From positions 12,896,001-12,960,000 of the forward strand of contig NC_082712.1 of the NCBI RefSeq assembly GCF_030144855.1: a DNA stretch of 64,000 nucleotides, in the 5' to 3' direction. Shown one piece after another: positions 47,935 through 61,559 of this stretch. Origin of the DNA: Hypanus sabinus. Lineage: Eukaryota. How positions within the stretch are numbered: the stretch's first letter is position 1; every line of letters starts with the position of its first letter. A program made the translations under genes and the position numbers. The notes under the pieces are model-generated. The model ran no database searches. It was not told the origin of the DNA and was given only the letters and a program-made list of their open reading frames with translations.

Positions 47935-50613
47935 CAGGGGTCGGCAACCCGCGGCTCCAGACCCACATGTGGCTCTTTGATCTCTGTGCTGCGGCTCCTT
48001 GTGGCTTTGGAAAATAAATGATGAGTATTTAATTAAAATGTATTTTATGTTAGTTTGTTAGTTTTTGAAATGTAATTCTAAATTTGGAGATTATGGTGAT
48101 CTTGTACAATCTAAATAAAATGTGTTTTTTGTCGCTATTAATATACGTCACCACTACCAATGCCTGACACCTGCCAGTGCGTGATTTCTTTAATTTTTCG
48201 ATCCAAGTTAGGCGAACTATGGAGAATTCTAAAAAAAGAAAAGTGACTGAAGAAAACAGAACTTTTAATGATACGTGGGCAGATTCATTTGCTTTCAGTG
48301 CTGACGAGACTGGTTTACCGGTATGCTTAACATGCAATGAGAAACTAGCAACCAGCAAAAAGTCAAAAGTCGCAAGACATTTCCAGCAAACACGCAGGCT
48401 TTGCTCAAAAATATCCAGATGGAGATGAGAGAAAAAAGGCCGTTTCGGAACTGATGCGGAAGGTTGAGCTGAGCAAAAATCATTTCAAGAAGTGGATGAA
48501 GTCTGGAAAATCAACTACATATGCTAGTTTTGTTGCCGCTCAGGAAATAGTCAGGCACGGGAAGCAGTTTACAGATGGTGAATATATAAAATAATCTTTC
48601 ATTAAGATTTCAGAATATCTATTCACGGACTTTAAAAATAAGAGTGAAATTGTGCAGAAAATCAGGAATATGCCCCTCTCTGCAAAGACTGTCAAAGACA
48701 GAACCATAAAAATGGCAGAAGACATCACAAGACAGCAAATTAAAGACATCAATTCAGCTGTGGCCTACTCGATTGCCTGTGACGAGTCTAAAGACAAAGG
48801 TGATATTAAACAAATAGCGCTGTTCTGCCGGTATGTAAACTCTGCCTGGCCACAGGAAGAAATGATTGAGTTGATGCCTCTAAAAGGCCAAACACGGGGG
48901 GAGGACATCTATGAGGCTGTCTTGAATTGTTTAAGAGCCAAAGTAATAAAGACCACCCACCTGGTGTCAGTAGCTACTGATGGGGCACCAAGTATGACAG
49001 GAGCGAACAAGGGATTTGTGGCTTTACTGCAGAAGTCGCTGGGCAGAAAGCTGCTGACTTTTCACTGCATCTTGCACCAAGAGGCTTTGTGCACTCAAAC
49101 ATTTCCTCCGGAATGCACAGGTAATGGATGTTGTCATTCAGATTGTCAATAAAATAATGGCAAAAAGTTTAAATCACCGTCAATTCAGTTTGTTACTGGA
49201 CGAGCTGGAAAGCGCATATTCTGATCTCCTGCTGCACAACAAAGTCTGATGGCTGTCAAGAGGGGAGGTGCTGAAACGCTTTGTCGCGTGTCTGGAAGAA
49301 GTGAAAACTTTCCTGGGCAGCAAAGGGCTCACCTTTCCTGAGCTGGAACAGCCAGAGTGGCTGTAAAAGCTACACTTCATGGTAGACATGACAGCGCACC
49401 TGAACACGCTGAACACAGCTCTTCAGGGGAAAGGACGCACAGCCCTGCACATGTTGGAGGATGTTTTGGCATTCGAGCGCAAGTTGACAGTGCTTGCCAG
49501 AGATTCACAGAAAGGCACATTGTCTCACTTCCCCAATTTGAGAGAGTTCAAACAAGCTCACAACATGATAAATTCAGAGTATTGACATTCTGCAATCATT
49601 GCAATGCAACATCATTTGGGAAACGCTTCTGTGAGTTCAGAGAAGAAAAAAACACATTATCCTTCCCGGTCACTCTCCTAAGCATCGATCCATCCCACTG
49701 AATACGACTGCATTGGCAGGTGTGAGTCAACCTGATCTTGAGATGGAACTGGCCGACATAGCCGACAAAGACATATGGGTGTCCAAGTTTAGACGCTTGA
49801 CAGCAGACCTTGAAGATGTTGCCCGTCAGAAGGCCGCTCTTGCTCAGAATCACAAATGGAGTGATATTGAAAACCTCCCCAAACCGGACAAACTTGTGTT
49901 GGAAACATGGAATGCTATCCCTGACATTTATGTAAACATTAAAATGTATGCGCTTGCAGTCCTGTCGATCTTTGGATCCACATATGTATGTGAGCAGGTG
50001 TTCTCCTACATGAACTTCATTAAAAACAAACATCGTGCACGCCTCACAGATGACAGCTTGCGATCCTGTGTAAAGATGAAGGTGACGTCATACAGCCCTG
50101 ATGTGCAGATGCTGTGCGCTGAGGTCCAGGAGCAGAAATCCCATTAACCAAGAATGATAAGTATTTTAATTGCCTATTATTTTACGTATATTCAATTTTT
50201 TTCATTTTTCAGTGAAATAGTACTTTTATTTTCAGGTTGACAGCTGGCTGACGCTATTTTTGGTTTGCTGCTGGCGGACAATTTAAGTTCGGCGTTTTTC
50301 ATAAATACAAGAAGGACTCAAATAGATTGAGTATTTTACTTAAAAGTAACCTGCAACCCAACGTCTTTTTTTCGGAGTTCAAAATGTTTTTGTTGCATGC
50401 AGAAATGTAATTTTGTTTTCTCTGCAGGAGTTCATCGATGACATAAATGCAACACATTATAGTTTGTTTATACATAGCATAAAGGCAAAAAAACCGTTGT
50501 ATGCAGTGTTATTTCATTTTAAATGTCAAACGGGTTTTGTGGCTCCCAGTGTTTTCTTTTCTGTGGGAAACAGGTCCAAATGGCTCTTTCAGTGGTAAGG
50601 TTGCCGGCCCCTG
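47935..50613 (+). mobile_element. Full-length hAT DNA transposon (Buster/SPIN/Charlie, GTF2IRD2/EPM2AIP1-like transposase)
   Basis: TIRs CAGGGGTCGGCAACC and GGTTGCCGGCCCCTG (14/15 match); perfect 8-bp TSD CCCTAAGC at 47927-47934 and 50614-50621. Confidence 0.95.
48219..50147 (+). pseudogene. hAT transposase pseudogene (about 640 codons)
   Basis: MENSKKRK, BED-like C..C...H, ACDES, ATDGAPSM, FHCILHQE and GSTYVCEQVFS motifs; several stops and frameshifts. Confidence 0.92.
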
Positions 50614-51734
50614 CCCTAAGCGCTGGTGAAATATAGATGGGGAATTATGGAACCCCTGTGGTAGGGTAGTCCACGTACACTGCTGTCTCTGAAGGGCAAG
50701 TGCAAACTTGACCATGACCAAAACCCATTATTTATGTTTAAAACTGAACCATTGTGCAATTTCATTCTGTTTGAACACTATTTCCGGGTTAGTTGCTACA
50801 GTTGGGGCTGTTAACCGAGTCACTTTATTTACCTCTCGATAATCAACCTCCAACTACCATCTGGTTCCCTCACGGGCAATATGGGTGAGTTATTTGTGGA
50901 GGTTACTGGCCTCAGTACCCCTTGTTGTACCAAACTCTGTATTCCCTTGCCTACATCTTCCTTTGCTTTTTTGGAAACTCATTTTAGTTCGGTGCTTTGG
51001 GGTCTGGACCTTGGATGCACACTCTGCCGGCCATCTTTCCACAGTCATGCTTGTGTCTTGCAAATGCCCCTGAGTTCTGTGCAATAATTTACTGCACCAT
51101 CTGATCATTGCTCATCTCCCCCGGTTTTATCCACATTTCGTCCATTGTGCAGATTCTATCCAATATTCTCCTGCCGGGATCTGTATGTGGTGTATGTTAT
51201 TCATGACAGTTGGCATCTGCCAAATCATACAATTAACTGGATCAAAACAAAGCCCCACTTTGGCCAAGTAATCAGTCCCCAGTATGTGTTCCCGCTCCCT
51301 GGGTAATTCCACCAGCACTGTTGAATGTTTCGATGCTATGTCTCCTATCCTTAATTCCAAAGTCACACTCACACGTCCCACTTGTGGATGTCTGAGAATC
51401 CAATGAGGATAACTCTACCTTGTATCTCCCAATTTACGTTATTTACATTAGTGGTGTTGACGGTGGTTCGGGATCCTCCAGTGTCCCATAAAAAGGTAAC
51501 AGGGTGGCCTCCGACCCTACCAATCACTGGAGGTCTTCTGGTTTCATCCCACCTTGCGTCACACCCATGTTGGTGAGGCCTGACACCATCATTCTGGCTC
51601 AGGGTACAATTCCCTGGACGGTGGTGTCTCTACCATGTTATTTTGTGGGCTCCATCTTTCTGGCCCCTCCAAGTGCAAACTGCATTGTTCTGCTCTTTCT
51701 TGTCTCAGGTTTGGACACTCTCTCTTCCACAGTT

Positions 51735-53349
51735 TCAGAAAGATAGACAGACAGACATACTTTATTGATCCCGAGGAAAATTGGGTTTCGTTACAGTCAC
51801 ACCAACCAAGAACAGTGAAGAAATATAGCAATATAAAACCATAAATAATGAAATAAAAATAAGTTAATTATGCCAAGTGGAAATAGTTCCAGGACCAGCC
51901 TGTTGGCTCAGGGTGTCTGACACTCCGAGAGAGGAGGTGTAAAGTTTGATGGCCACAGGCAGGAATGACTTCCTATGACGCTCAGAGTTACATCTCAGTG
52001 GAATGAGTCTCTGACTGAATGTACTCCTTTGCCTAACCAGTACATTATGGAGTGGATGGGAGACATTGTCCAAGATGGCATGCAACTTGGACAGCATCTT
52101 CTTTTCAGACACCACCGTCAGAGAGTTCAGTTCCACACTCACAACATCACTGGTCTTACGAATGAGTTTGTTGATTCTGTTGGTGTCTTCTACCCACAGC
52201 CTGCTCTCTCAGCATACAACAGCAAACATGATAGCACTGGCCACCACAGACTTGTAGAACATCCTCAGCATCGTCCAGCAGATGTTAAAGGACCTCAGTC
52301 TCCTCAGGAAATAGAGACGGCTCTGACACTTCTTGTAGACAGTCTTAGTGTTCTTTGACCAGTCCTGTTTATTGTCCATTCGTATCCCCAGGTATTTGTA
52401 ATCCTCCACTATGTCCACACTGTCCCCTTGAATGGAAGCAGGAGTCATCAGTGCCTTAGCCCTCCTCAGGTCCACCACCAGCTCCCTAGTCTTTTTCACA
52501 TTAAGCTACAGATGATTCTGCTCACACCACATGACAAAGTTTCCCACTGTAGCCCTGTACTCAGCCTCATCTCCCTTGCTGAATCATCCAACTATGGCAG
52601 AGTCATCAGAAAACTTCTGAAGATGGCAAGACTCTGTGTTGTAGTTGAAGTCCAAGGTGTATATGGTGAAGAGAAAGGGAGACAGGACAGTCCCTTGTGG
52701 AGCCCCAGTGCTGCTGACCACTCTGTCTGACACACAGTGTTGCAAGTACTGTGGTCTGCCAGTCAGGTAATCAATAATCCATGACACCAGGGAAGCATCC
52801 ACCTGCATCACTGTCAGCTTCTCACCCAGCAGAGCAGGGCGGATGGTGTTGAACGAACTGGAGAAGTCAAAAAACATGACCCTCACAGTGCTCGCCGGCT
52901 TGTCCCCGTGGACGTAGACATGGTTCAGCAGGTAGACGATGGCATCCTCAACTCCTAGTCGGAGCTGAGAGGCGAACTGGAGGGGGTCTAAGTAGGCCGG
53001 AGCTGCTCTAGAACAAGTCTCTCCATGATGTGGGAGGTCAATGCCACCGGTCTGTAGTCATTGGAGCCACTGGGGTGCGGCATCTTCGGTGCAGGAACTA
53101 GGCAGGACATCTTCCTCTGGAGACTCAGGCTCAGGTTGAAGACATGGTGAAGTACTCCACATAGCTGGGGGCACAGGCTTTGAGAGCCCTGGGGCTGAAA
53201 CCATGCGGGCCTGCAGCCTTGCTTGGATGGAGACGTTTCAGCTGTCTTCTCACCTGTTCAGCTGTGAAGCCCACCATGGTGGTTTCAGGTGAGGGAGGGG
53301 TGTAGTCATGAGAGCAGGGTGGGGGGCTGTGAGGAGGGGTAGGAGAGGT
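51735..53349 (-). mobile_element. Rex1-type LINE inserted in the ERV zinc-knuckle region
   Basis: VMFFDFSSSFNTIRP, GAPQGTVLSPFLF, KFSDDSA and RLYFLRRLRSF; (agac)n tail. Confidence 0.85.
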
Positions 53350-54244
53350 ATAGCATTTGAATATTCCACCAGTTCTCCCTGTTCCATTTCCATTGCCCTT
53401 CCTTGCCCCTTGATAGGGTGGCAGGGAAGCCTTCGAGGTGTGTCCCCCACCCTCATTTCTCTAGACAGGTGCCCGACTTTTAACAAGCATCACCTTCCCA
53501 TTAGGGAGTTCAGATGGTCTCTATATCTCTTTTTCCCTCGCTCTACACATTTTCCTCAGTGACCGTGCCTCAGTATGTGTGGGTTCAGAAGGATCAAACA
53601 TTTCCAGTGCCTTTTTAGATTCAACGGTATAGTGAGACGCCAGTATCCACAACCGTCTAAATGGCCGCACTCTACTGCTGTTCCTACACTCCTTGGAACA
53701 CAGTCCATAAATGGGAAACAAATGCAGTGGGATGTTCCCCTCTCCTCCGGTAAAATCTGTCTAGTGCGTTGACTGGGTCCCCTCTGTTAACACCCATAGC
53801 AGTCAATATTGCGTTCTTCTGTTCCCCACCATCTCACTGTAGATCCGGCAAAGCCGAGTGAATATTTGGATGGGACACATTATAATCAATCTCCTTTCCT
53901 TGAAGTTCTCTCTGATGGTTAATTGCTTGGAAAAGATCTTGAGTATCGTCTCTGAGCACACGTGTCCTGATATCCTCAGCAATATCTTTAAGTTGCTGTA
54001 CACTGAACAGTGTGGTGTATGTTACAGTCTGAGTTTGATTTGCTGTTCTGCTCCCTCCTCTCTGATAGTAACAAGGGGAGCCAATCGTGCAGACAGTAGC
54101 ACCGGCTCCCGTTGGGAGGGTGTCGGTGGGAGTTCCTCGGGAAATGTTGTTTTGTAATTATCGTAACTGTACCCAGTAGCTTCTCCAGCTAAATCATGCC
54201 AATCACTATGTCCATATTCATGTTCTCCCCGTTGGGAGTGGGTT

Positions 54245-54677
54245 TGCTCTGAGGTGAGATCAGAGGGAGACTGGCTTTGTTTTCTGGAGTGACTGAGGTG
54301 TGATCGGAGAGTTAGGTTGTACTGATGAGAGACTGTGGAGAGATCACAGAGACTGGGTTTGTTCTGAATGAAGATTGGACAGACTGGGTTTGGTCTGAGG
54401 AGAGATCAGACAGACTGGGTTTGGTCTGAGGGGATATCGGACAGACTTGGTTTGGTCTGAGGGGAGATCGGACAGACTGGGTTTGGTCTGAGGGGAGATC
54501 AGACAGACCGGATTTGGTCTGAGGGAGATCGGACAGACAGGGTTTGGTCTGAGGGGAGATCAGACGGACTGGGATTGGTCTGAGGGGACATCGGACAGAC
54601 TGGGTTTGGTCTGAGGGGAGATCAGACGGGCTGGGTTTGGTCTGAGGGAGATCAGACAGACTGGGTTTGGTCTGAGG
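54245..54677 (-). repeat. Inverted copy of the 31-bp minisatellite (about 11 units plus degenerate tail)
   Basis: aggggagatcggacagactgggtttggtctg repeats on the + strand. Confidence 0.95.
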
Positions 54678-55828
54678 GAAGATAATGATAATGCCCAATT
54701 AATTTCACAGCTGAAAAGACTGAACTTGCCTTTTGGGGATGTGGTAAATGAGGAAGTAGCTGGAAATATCTGCTCTTTCATTGTGGTAGGAAGAACAACA
54801 CAGGACTATCAGTGACTTGGGCAGGATTACGTTACAGATTGTCAGAACTGTCAGATATTCATCAAAAGAACGAGTTCCTTGTGTCACAGACAGAGATGTA
54901 CCACATCGAGCCGAGATGCACCCAGACAGGGTGCTGTCTATGGCGTTTGATAACTCTGGCCTTGTACTCACTGCAGTTTAGAAGAACGTTGGTGGGGTGC
55001 AGGGAATCTCTTTGAAACCTATGCAATACTGAGAGGCTTAGATAGATTTGACATGGATAGGGTGTTTCTGATTGTGGGGAATTCTTGATGATTGAGCTGT
55101 GAACAATAACTTTATTAACAGACTGTAAAATAACAAGCCACGGGGGTGGTGGGCACAAAACGAGTGAGACTGAAACTGAACACAACAGGCAACAAGGTTA
55201 ACTTTACGCAGGTAGAGTGAGGACTGGGAGCAACTATTTGAGGTCAGCTCGTTCGATGAGTGAACAAGGAGTGTGGATGAGAGCTGGGTTGAAATAGGCT
55301 GCCGGTGACGATTCTGGAATGATCGGCAGGTGAATCCTATTGGCTGGGTGGAGATGCGAGGTGCCTGAATGTGCAGGCTGGGGTTGTCAATGTGACTGAG
55401 CCTGACACTTTGATCTGCCCAAAACTTGTTGGTCACCCAGAGAAACGAGATGTTCAGTACCTCAGTTGGAGGGCTGTCCAGTGGGGAAGCCCCTTGAACA
55501 GCCTCGAGGCCACTTAAATGACAGTGGTGGTATAATTGCTAAAGATTGGTGAACACTAATTAATGACCTGAATATAAAGATTTTGTAGCTTCCTTGCTTG
55601 TATATATTTTTAATACGTATGAGGGATCTCAAAAGGGTTTTGAAAACCACCTATATGTCTACATGTGTGTGGGGTGTTTCTAATGATTATGTTAACCTGT
55701 TGATCTTCTTTGCAATTCAGGGCATTGCAAGAGGGGAGATCAACAGATCGATGTTTCAACCTTACGATTTGAAACGATGCTTATTCAAGCTCACCCAACT
55801 CAAGAACCACCAGACCCTCTGCCCACCT

Positions 55829-55832
<4 letters not shown>

Positions 55833-55914
<82 letters not shown>
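55833..55914. repeat. (AG)41 microsatellite
   Basis: Perfect dinucleotide run. Confidence 0.98.
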
Positions 55915-55918
<4 letters not shown>

Positions 55919-57229
55919 GTCTTCCAGGCCACTCCTGGAGACATCAAAAATGGGCAGTCAGCAAGCTCGGGGAGCTGGAAACCACTGCCGTGAAGAACTG
56001 CAGTTTGAGTGCAGTCGGAGATCATGGACTCCGACAGGACCCCTGCACCATTGAAAAGGGAAAAAAGAGACTGGAATTTGAGCTCTTTTGCAGACAAGTT
56101 CAAAGAAGTCATTCTCTGGCACCATCTAAGTTCCTCTTTCTGGTTGTCACTATTGTAACCAATATTGTAACATGAATGTGTGATCTCTGGTGTGACTAAC
56201 TTCTGTAATTCACAGGGGAGAGTATGTGGACTGGTCACATCATGACCTGGTATGGAAACCCCAAAGCCCAAGAACCAAAAATCCTACAAAGAGAGCTGGG
56301 TACAGCCCCGTCCATCACAGGAGGTGCCCTCCCCACCATTGAACACATCTACAAGGAGCGCTGCCACAAGAAAGCAGCTTCCATCATCAAGGACCCCCAA
56401 CATCCAGACCATGCTCACCTCTCTCTGCTGCCATCAGGCAAGAGGTACAGAAGCCTCTGGACCCATACCACCAGGTTCAGGGACAGTTATGACCTCTCAA
56501 CGATCAGGCTCCTGAACCAGAGTGGAATGCTTCACTCACCTCAACTTTGAACTGATTCGACAACTATAGACTCACTTTCAAGGAATCTGTAACTCATGTT
56601 CTCAGTATTACTTAACTCATTTTTTTTGCCCAGTTTGTCTTTTTTTGCATATTGTTTGTATGTCTGTCTTTGTTTGTGTGTAGTTTTTCATTGATTCTAT
56701 TGATTTCTTTGTTCTACTGTGAATGCCTGGAAGAAAATGAATCTCAGGGTAGCGTCTGGCCACATATTCGTACTTCGACAATAAATTCACTTTGAACTTT
56801 GAACCTCTAAGGAAGAGATCGATCAGTGAAAGGACCTGTAGACAAAGTTAATGAGCAAATGAGTTGTCTGGCTTGTGACTTGCAAATAACAAAAATACCA
56901 ATAAAAACCAGGCCGATTACAAATAATCAGAAGGGAACTGAAAATCAGAAGAGAGACAGTAAGAGTTTACAGTATTCTTACTCTTCACAGACATCCATGA
57001 AAAAAACAGAAGAAGGAAATTTTGTAAAATGTTAGCCCCCAAAGCCCCCCACCCCCTCTACTCCAAAGCAGCCACAAAGCATCAACCCTTCCCCCTGTCA
57101 CTTGTTCCAACAGGAAGGAGCAGCCCTCAACAGTGAACAATTAACCTACTAAATGTGTGTCTTTAGACTGTGGGAGGAAACTGGAGGAAACCCCCGCGGT
57201 CACGAGGCCAACGCAGAGTGGGAAGCGTT

Positions 57230-59305
57230 GCTCTGTTGTAAAAAGTGAAACAAAAACATTAGAAAGAGGTGACAGAGGGTCGGAAGGTGTTGAATCATTG
57301 TGGATAGAACTAAGGAACTGCAAGGTTCAAAACGGCCTGATGGCAGTTGTATACAGACGCCCAAACAAAGGTAAGGACATGGCCTACAAATTACACTGGG
57401 AGTTAGAAAATGAATGCCAAAAGGGCAATGTTACAATAGTTATGAGGGAGTTTAATACGCTAATAGAGTGAGAAAATCAGGTTGGTGCTGGATTCCAGGA
57501 GGAGGGATTTCCAGGGTGCCTACGAGATGGCTTTTTACATCAGCTTGTCGCTGAGCCCACCAGAGGATCATCTATTCTGGATTAGGTATTGTGCAATGAA
57601 CCAGAATTGATTGAGAGCTTAAGGTAGAAGAACCCTAAGGTACAAGTGATCATAATATAATCAAATTCACCCTGAAATTTGAGAAGAGGTGGAAGCCAGA
57701 TGTATCAGTATTCCAGTGGAGCAAAGGGGATTACAGAGTAAAGAGATGGTCAGATTTGATCGGAAGGAGCTTAAGAAGGAAATTAGGAGAGCCAGAAGGG
57801 GCCATCAGAAGGCCTTAGCGGGAAGGATTAAGGAAAACCCCAAGGCATTCTACAAGTATGTGGAGAGCAAGAGGATAAGACGTGAAAGAAAAGGACCTAT
57901 CAAGTGTGACAGTGGGGAATTGTGTATGGATCCAGAGGAAATAGCAGAAATACTTAATGAATACTTCAGTGTTTACTATGGAAAAGGATCTTAGTGATTG
58001 TAGTGGTGACATGCAGCAGACTGAAAAGCTTGAGCATGTAGATATTAAGAAAGAGGATGTGCTGGAGCTTTTGGAAAGCATCAAGTTGGATAAGTCGCTG
58101 GGACCAGACAAAATGTACCCCAGGCTACTGTGGGAGGCAAGGGAAGTGATTGCTGAGCCTCTGGCGATGATCTTTCAATCATAAATGAGGATGGGAGAGC
58201 TTCTAGAGGATTGGAGGGTTGCAGATGTAGTTCCTTTATTCAAGAAAGCGAGCAGAGATACCACAGGAAATTATAGACCAGTGAGTCTTGGATCAGTGGT
58301 TGGTAAGCTGATGGAGAAGATCCTGAGAGGCAGTATTTATGAACATTTTTATAAGTGACCTGGATGAGGAAGTGGAGGGGAGGGTTAGTAAATTTGCTGA
58401 TGACTCAAAGGTTGGGGGTGTTGTGGATAGTATGGAGGGCTGTCAGATGTTACAGTGGGACATTGATAGGATGCAAAACTGGGCTGAAAATGGCAGATGG
58501 AATTCAACCCAGATAAGTGTGAGGTGGTTCATTTTGGTAGGTCAAACATGATTGCAGAATTTAGTATTAATGGTAAGACTCTTGGCAGTGTGGAGGATCA
58601 GAGGGATCTTGGGGTCCGAGTCCATAGGAAGCTCAAAGCAGCTGCGCAGGCCGACTCTGTTGTTAAGAAGGCGTATGGTGTATTGGCCTTCATCAGTCAT
58701 GGAAGTGAATTTAGGAGCCGAGAGGTAATTTTGCAGCTATATAGGACCCTGGTCAGACCCCACTTGGAGTACTGTGCTCAGTTCTGGCCGCCTCACTACA
58801 GGAAGGATGTGTGTACCATAGAAATGCTGCAGAGGAGATTTACAAGATTCTAACCTGGATTGGGGAGCATGCCTTATGAGAATAGGTTGAGTGAACTCAG
58901 CCTTTTCTCCTTGGAGCAACGGAGGATGAGAGGTGACCTGATAGAGGTGTACAAGATGATGAGAGGCATTGATCATGTGGATAGTCAGAGGCTGTTTCCC
59001 AGGGCTGAAATGGTCGCCACAAGAGGACACAGGTTTAAGGTGCTGGGGAGTAGGTACCACGGAGATGTCAGGGGTAAGTTTTTTGCTCAGAGAGTGGTGA
59101 GTGTGTGGAATGGGCTGCCAGCAACTGTGGTGGAGGCTGATAGGATAGGGTATTTGAAGAGGCTTTTAGATAGGTACAAGGAGCTTAGTAAAATAGAGGG
59201 CTATAGGTAAGCCTAGTCATTTCTAAGGTAGGGATATGTTCGGCACAACTTTGTGGGCTGAAGGGCCTGTATTGTGCTGTAGGTTTTCTATGTTTCTATG
59301 TTTCT
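57230..59305 (+). mobile_element. CR1 LINE with internal deletions, present only in U4
   Basis: KENPKAFYKYV, KFADDSK and RPHLEYCAQFW; (tttctatg)n tail. Confidence 0.85.
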
Positions 59306-59309
59306 ACAA

Positions 59310-61225
59310 TTAGAAAATAAGACCATAAGACATCGGAACAGAATTAGGCCATTCTGCCCATTGCGTCTGCTCCATCATTCAATCATGGTTGATACTTCTT
59401 GTTCCCTCTTCAGCACTTCTACCCAGCCTTCACCCAGTAATCTTTCATGTCAAGGCGAATGAAGAACCCACCAATCACCGCCTTAAATACATCCAACATC
59501 CTGGTCAGCACAGCTATCTGTGGTTATAAATAACACAAATTCATGATCCTCTGGCTGAAGAAATTTCTCTGCACATCTGCTTTAGATGGACACACATCTA
59601 TCCTGAGGCTGTGCCCTCTTGTCCTAGACTCCCCCACCATGGGAAACATCCTTTCCACATCTACTCTGTCTAGGGCTTTCAACATTTTAAAGGTTTCGGT
59701 GAGATTCCCCTCATCCTTTTTAAATTCCAGCGAATACAAGCCCAGAGTCATCAAATGTTCCTCATATGATAACCACTTCATTCCAAGAATCATCCTTGTG
59801 AACCTCCTCTGATGAGTCTCCAATGCCTGCACATCTTTTCTTAGATAGGGAGCCCAGAACTATTCATAATACTCAAGGAGAGGCCTCACCAGTGCCTTAT
59901 AAAGCCTCAGCATCACATCCCTGCTCTTGTATTTTAGACCTTTTGAAATGAATGCTAACATTGCATTTGCCTTCCTCACCACTGTCTCTACCTGCAGGTT
60001 AACCTTTAGGGTGTTCTGCACAATGACTCCCAAGTCTCTTTGCATCTCAGATTTTTGAATTTTCTCTCTGTTTAGAAAATAGTCTGCACATTTATTTCTT
60101 TTACCATGCCCATACATTTACCAACATTGTATTTCATTTGCCAATTTCTTGCCAGTTTTCCTAACCTGTCTAAATCCTTCTGCAGCCTTCCTGTTTCCTC
60201 AGCACTATCTGTCCCTACACCAATCTTCATATCATCTGCAAATTTGGCAACACAGCTACTATTCCATCATCTAAATCATTTATATACAGCATAAAAGGAA
60301 GCAGTCCCAAATCCGACCCCTGTGGAACACCACTAGTCACTGGTAGCCAACAAATAAAGAATCTTTAATTTCCACTCTCTTCCTCCTACCAATCAGCCAA
60401 TGCTCTAAACATGTCAATAGCTTCCCTGTAATACCATGGCTCTTAACCTGGTAAGCAGTCTCACGAGTGACACCTTGTCAAAGGCCTTCTGAAAACCCAA
60501 ATATACAACATCTACTGCATCCACTTTATCTATCCTACATCTAATCTCCTCAAAGAATTCCAAAAGATTTGTCAGGCAAGATTTTCCCTGAAGGAAACCA
60601 TGCTGACTTTGTCCTATCTTGTCCTGTGTCACCAAGTACTCCATAAACTCATCCATAACAATTGACTCCAACATCTTCCCAACCACTGAGGTGACGATAA
60701 ATTGTCTATTGTTTCCTTTCTGCTGACTCCCTCCTTTCTTAAAGAGTGGAGTGACATTTGCAATTTTACAGTCTTCCAGAAGCATGCCAGAAATATCATT
60801 ACAAATGCCTCTGCAATCTTTACCATTACCTTTCAGAACCCTTGAGTGCAGTTCATCTGGTCCACGTGACTTATGTATCTTTAGGTCTCTCAGCTTTTTG
60901 AGCATCTTCTCCCTGATAATAGTAATTGCACTCACTTCTCTTCCCTCACACTATCCAACACCTGGCTCAATGCTAGTGTCTTCCAAAATACTCATTTAGT
61001 TCACCTGCCATCTCCTTACTATCTCTCTGGCCTCATTTTCTAGTGGTCCTGTATCTACTCTCATCTCTCTTTTATGTTTTGTGTACTTGAAAACAGCTTT
61101 TTCTATCCACCTTGATACTGTTTGCTAGCTTGCTTTATATTTCATCTTTAACCCCTGATGACTTTTTTAGGTATTTAAAAGCTTCCCAATCCTCTATCTT
61201 CCTGCTCATTTTTGCTTTCTTGTAT
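59310..61225 (-). mobile_element. Degraded CR1 LINE, paralog of 18870-20915
   Basis: Same deletions as the U1 copy. Confidence 0.85.
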
Positions 61226-61559
61226 AAGATAACACTTAATTTATCCCAAAGGAAATTATTGTTGCAAGGTTGCTCAGTCAGAAATATAATCTTAAAATAC
61301 AAAATGTAAGCATTGGGATATTAAAAAATACAAAATGTGCATTAAAAATTAACAGCGGAAAATACAGATGAACAATGCAACCATATACTAATATAGTTAA
61401 GGAGCTGGATTTGTAGAGACTTAGAGCCAGAGGGAGAAAGGATCTCCTGTGGCATTCAGTGATTCACCTCGGTGGAATCACTCTGTTACTAAAGGACCTC
61501 CTTTCTTTGTCCCATATGTCATGGAGGGGTGAGAGGGATTGTCCATAATGCTCCGTAGC

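Larger units (their letters stand above)
47807..54240 (-). mobile_element. ERV gag-pro-RT remnant, right arm (47807-47934, 50614-51730, 53350-54240), interrupted by hAT and Rex1
   Basis: FLWDTGGSRT, HKHDCG, SPILPVREPDGSW, WTTLPQGFHNSPSIFHQ and LIQYICDLLL; reverse-complement homology to 46040-47352. Confidence 0.8.

Noticed and set aside
54820-54870. VTDCQNCQIF resembling RP2/TBCC
   Set aside because: Present only in one copy because of an indel; no further similarity.
55598-56271. ORFs with ER or SL dipeptide runs
   Set aside because: Translations of the (AG)41 microsatellite.
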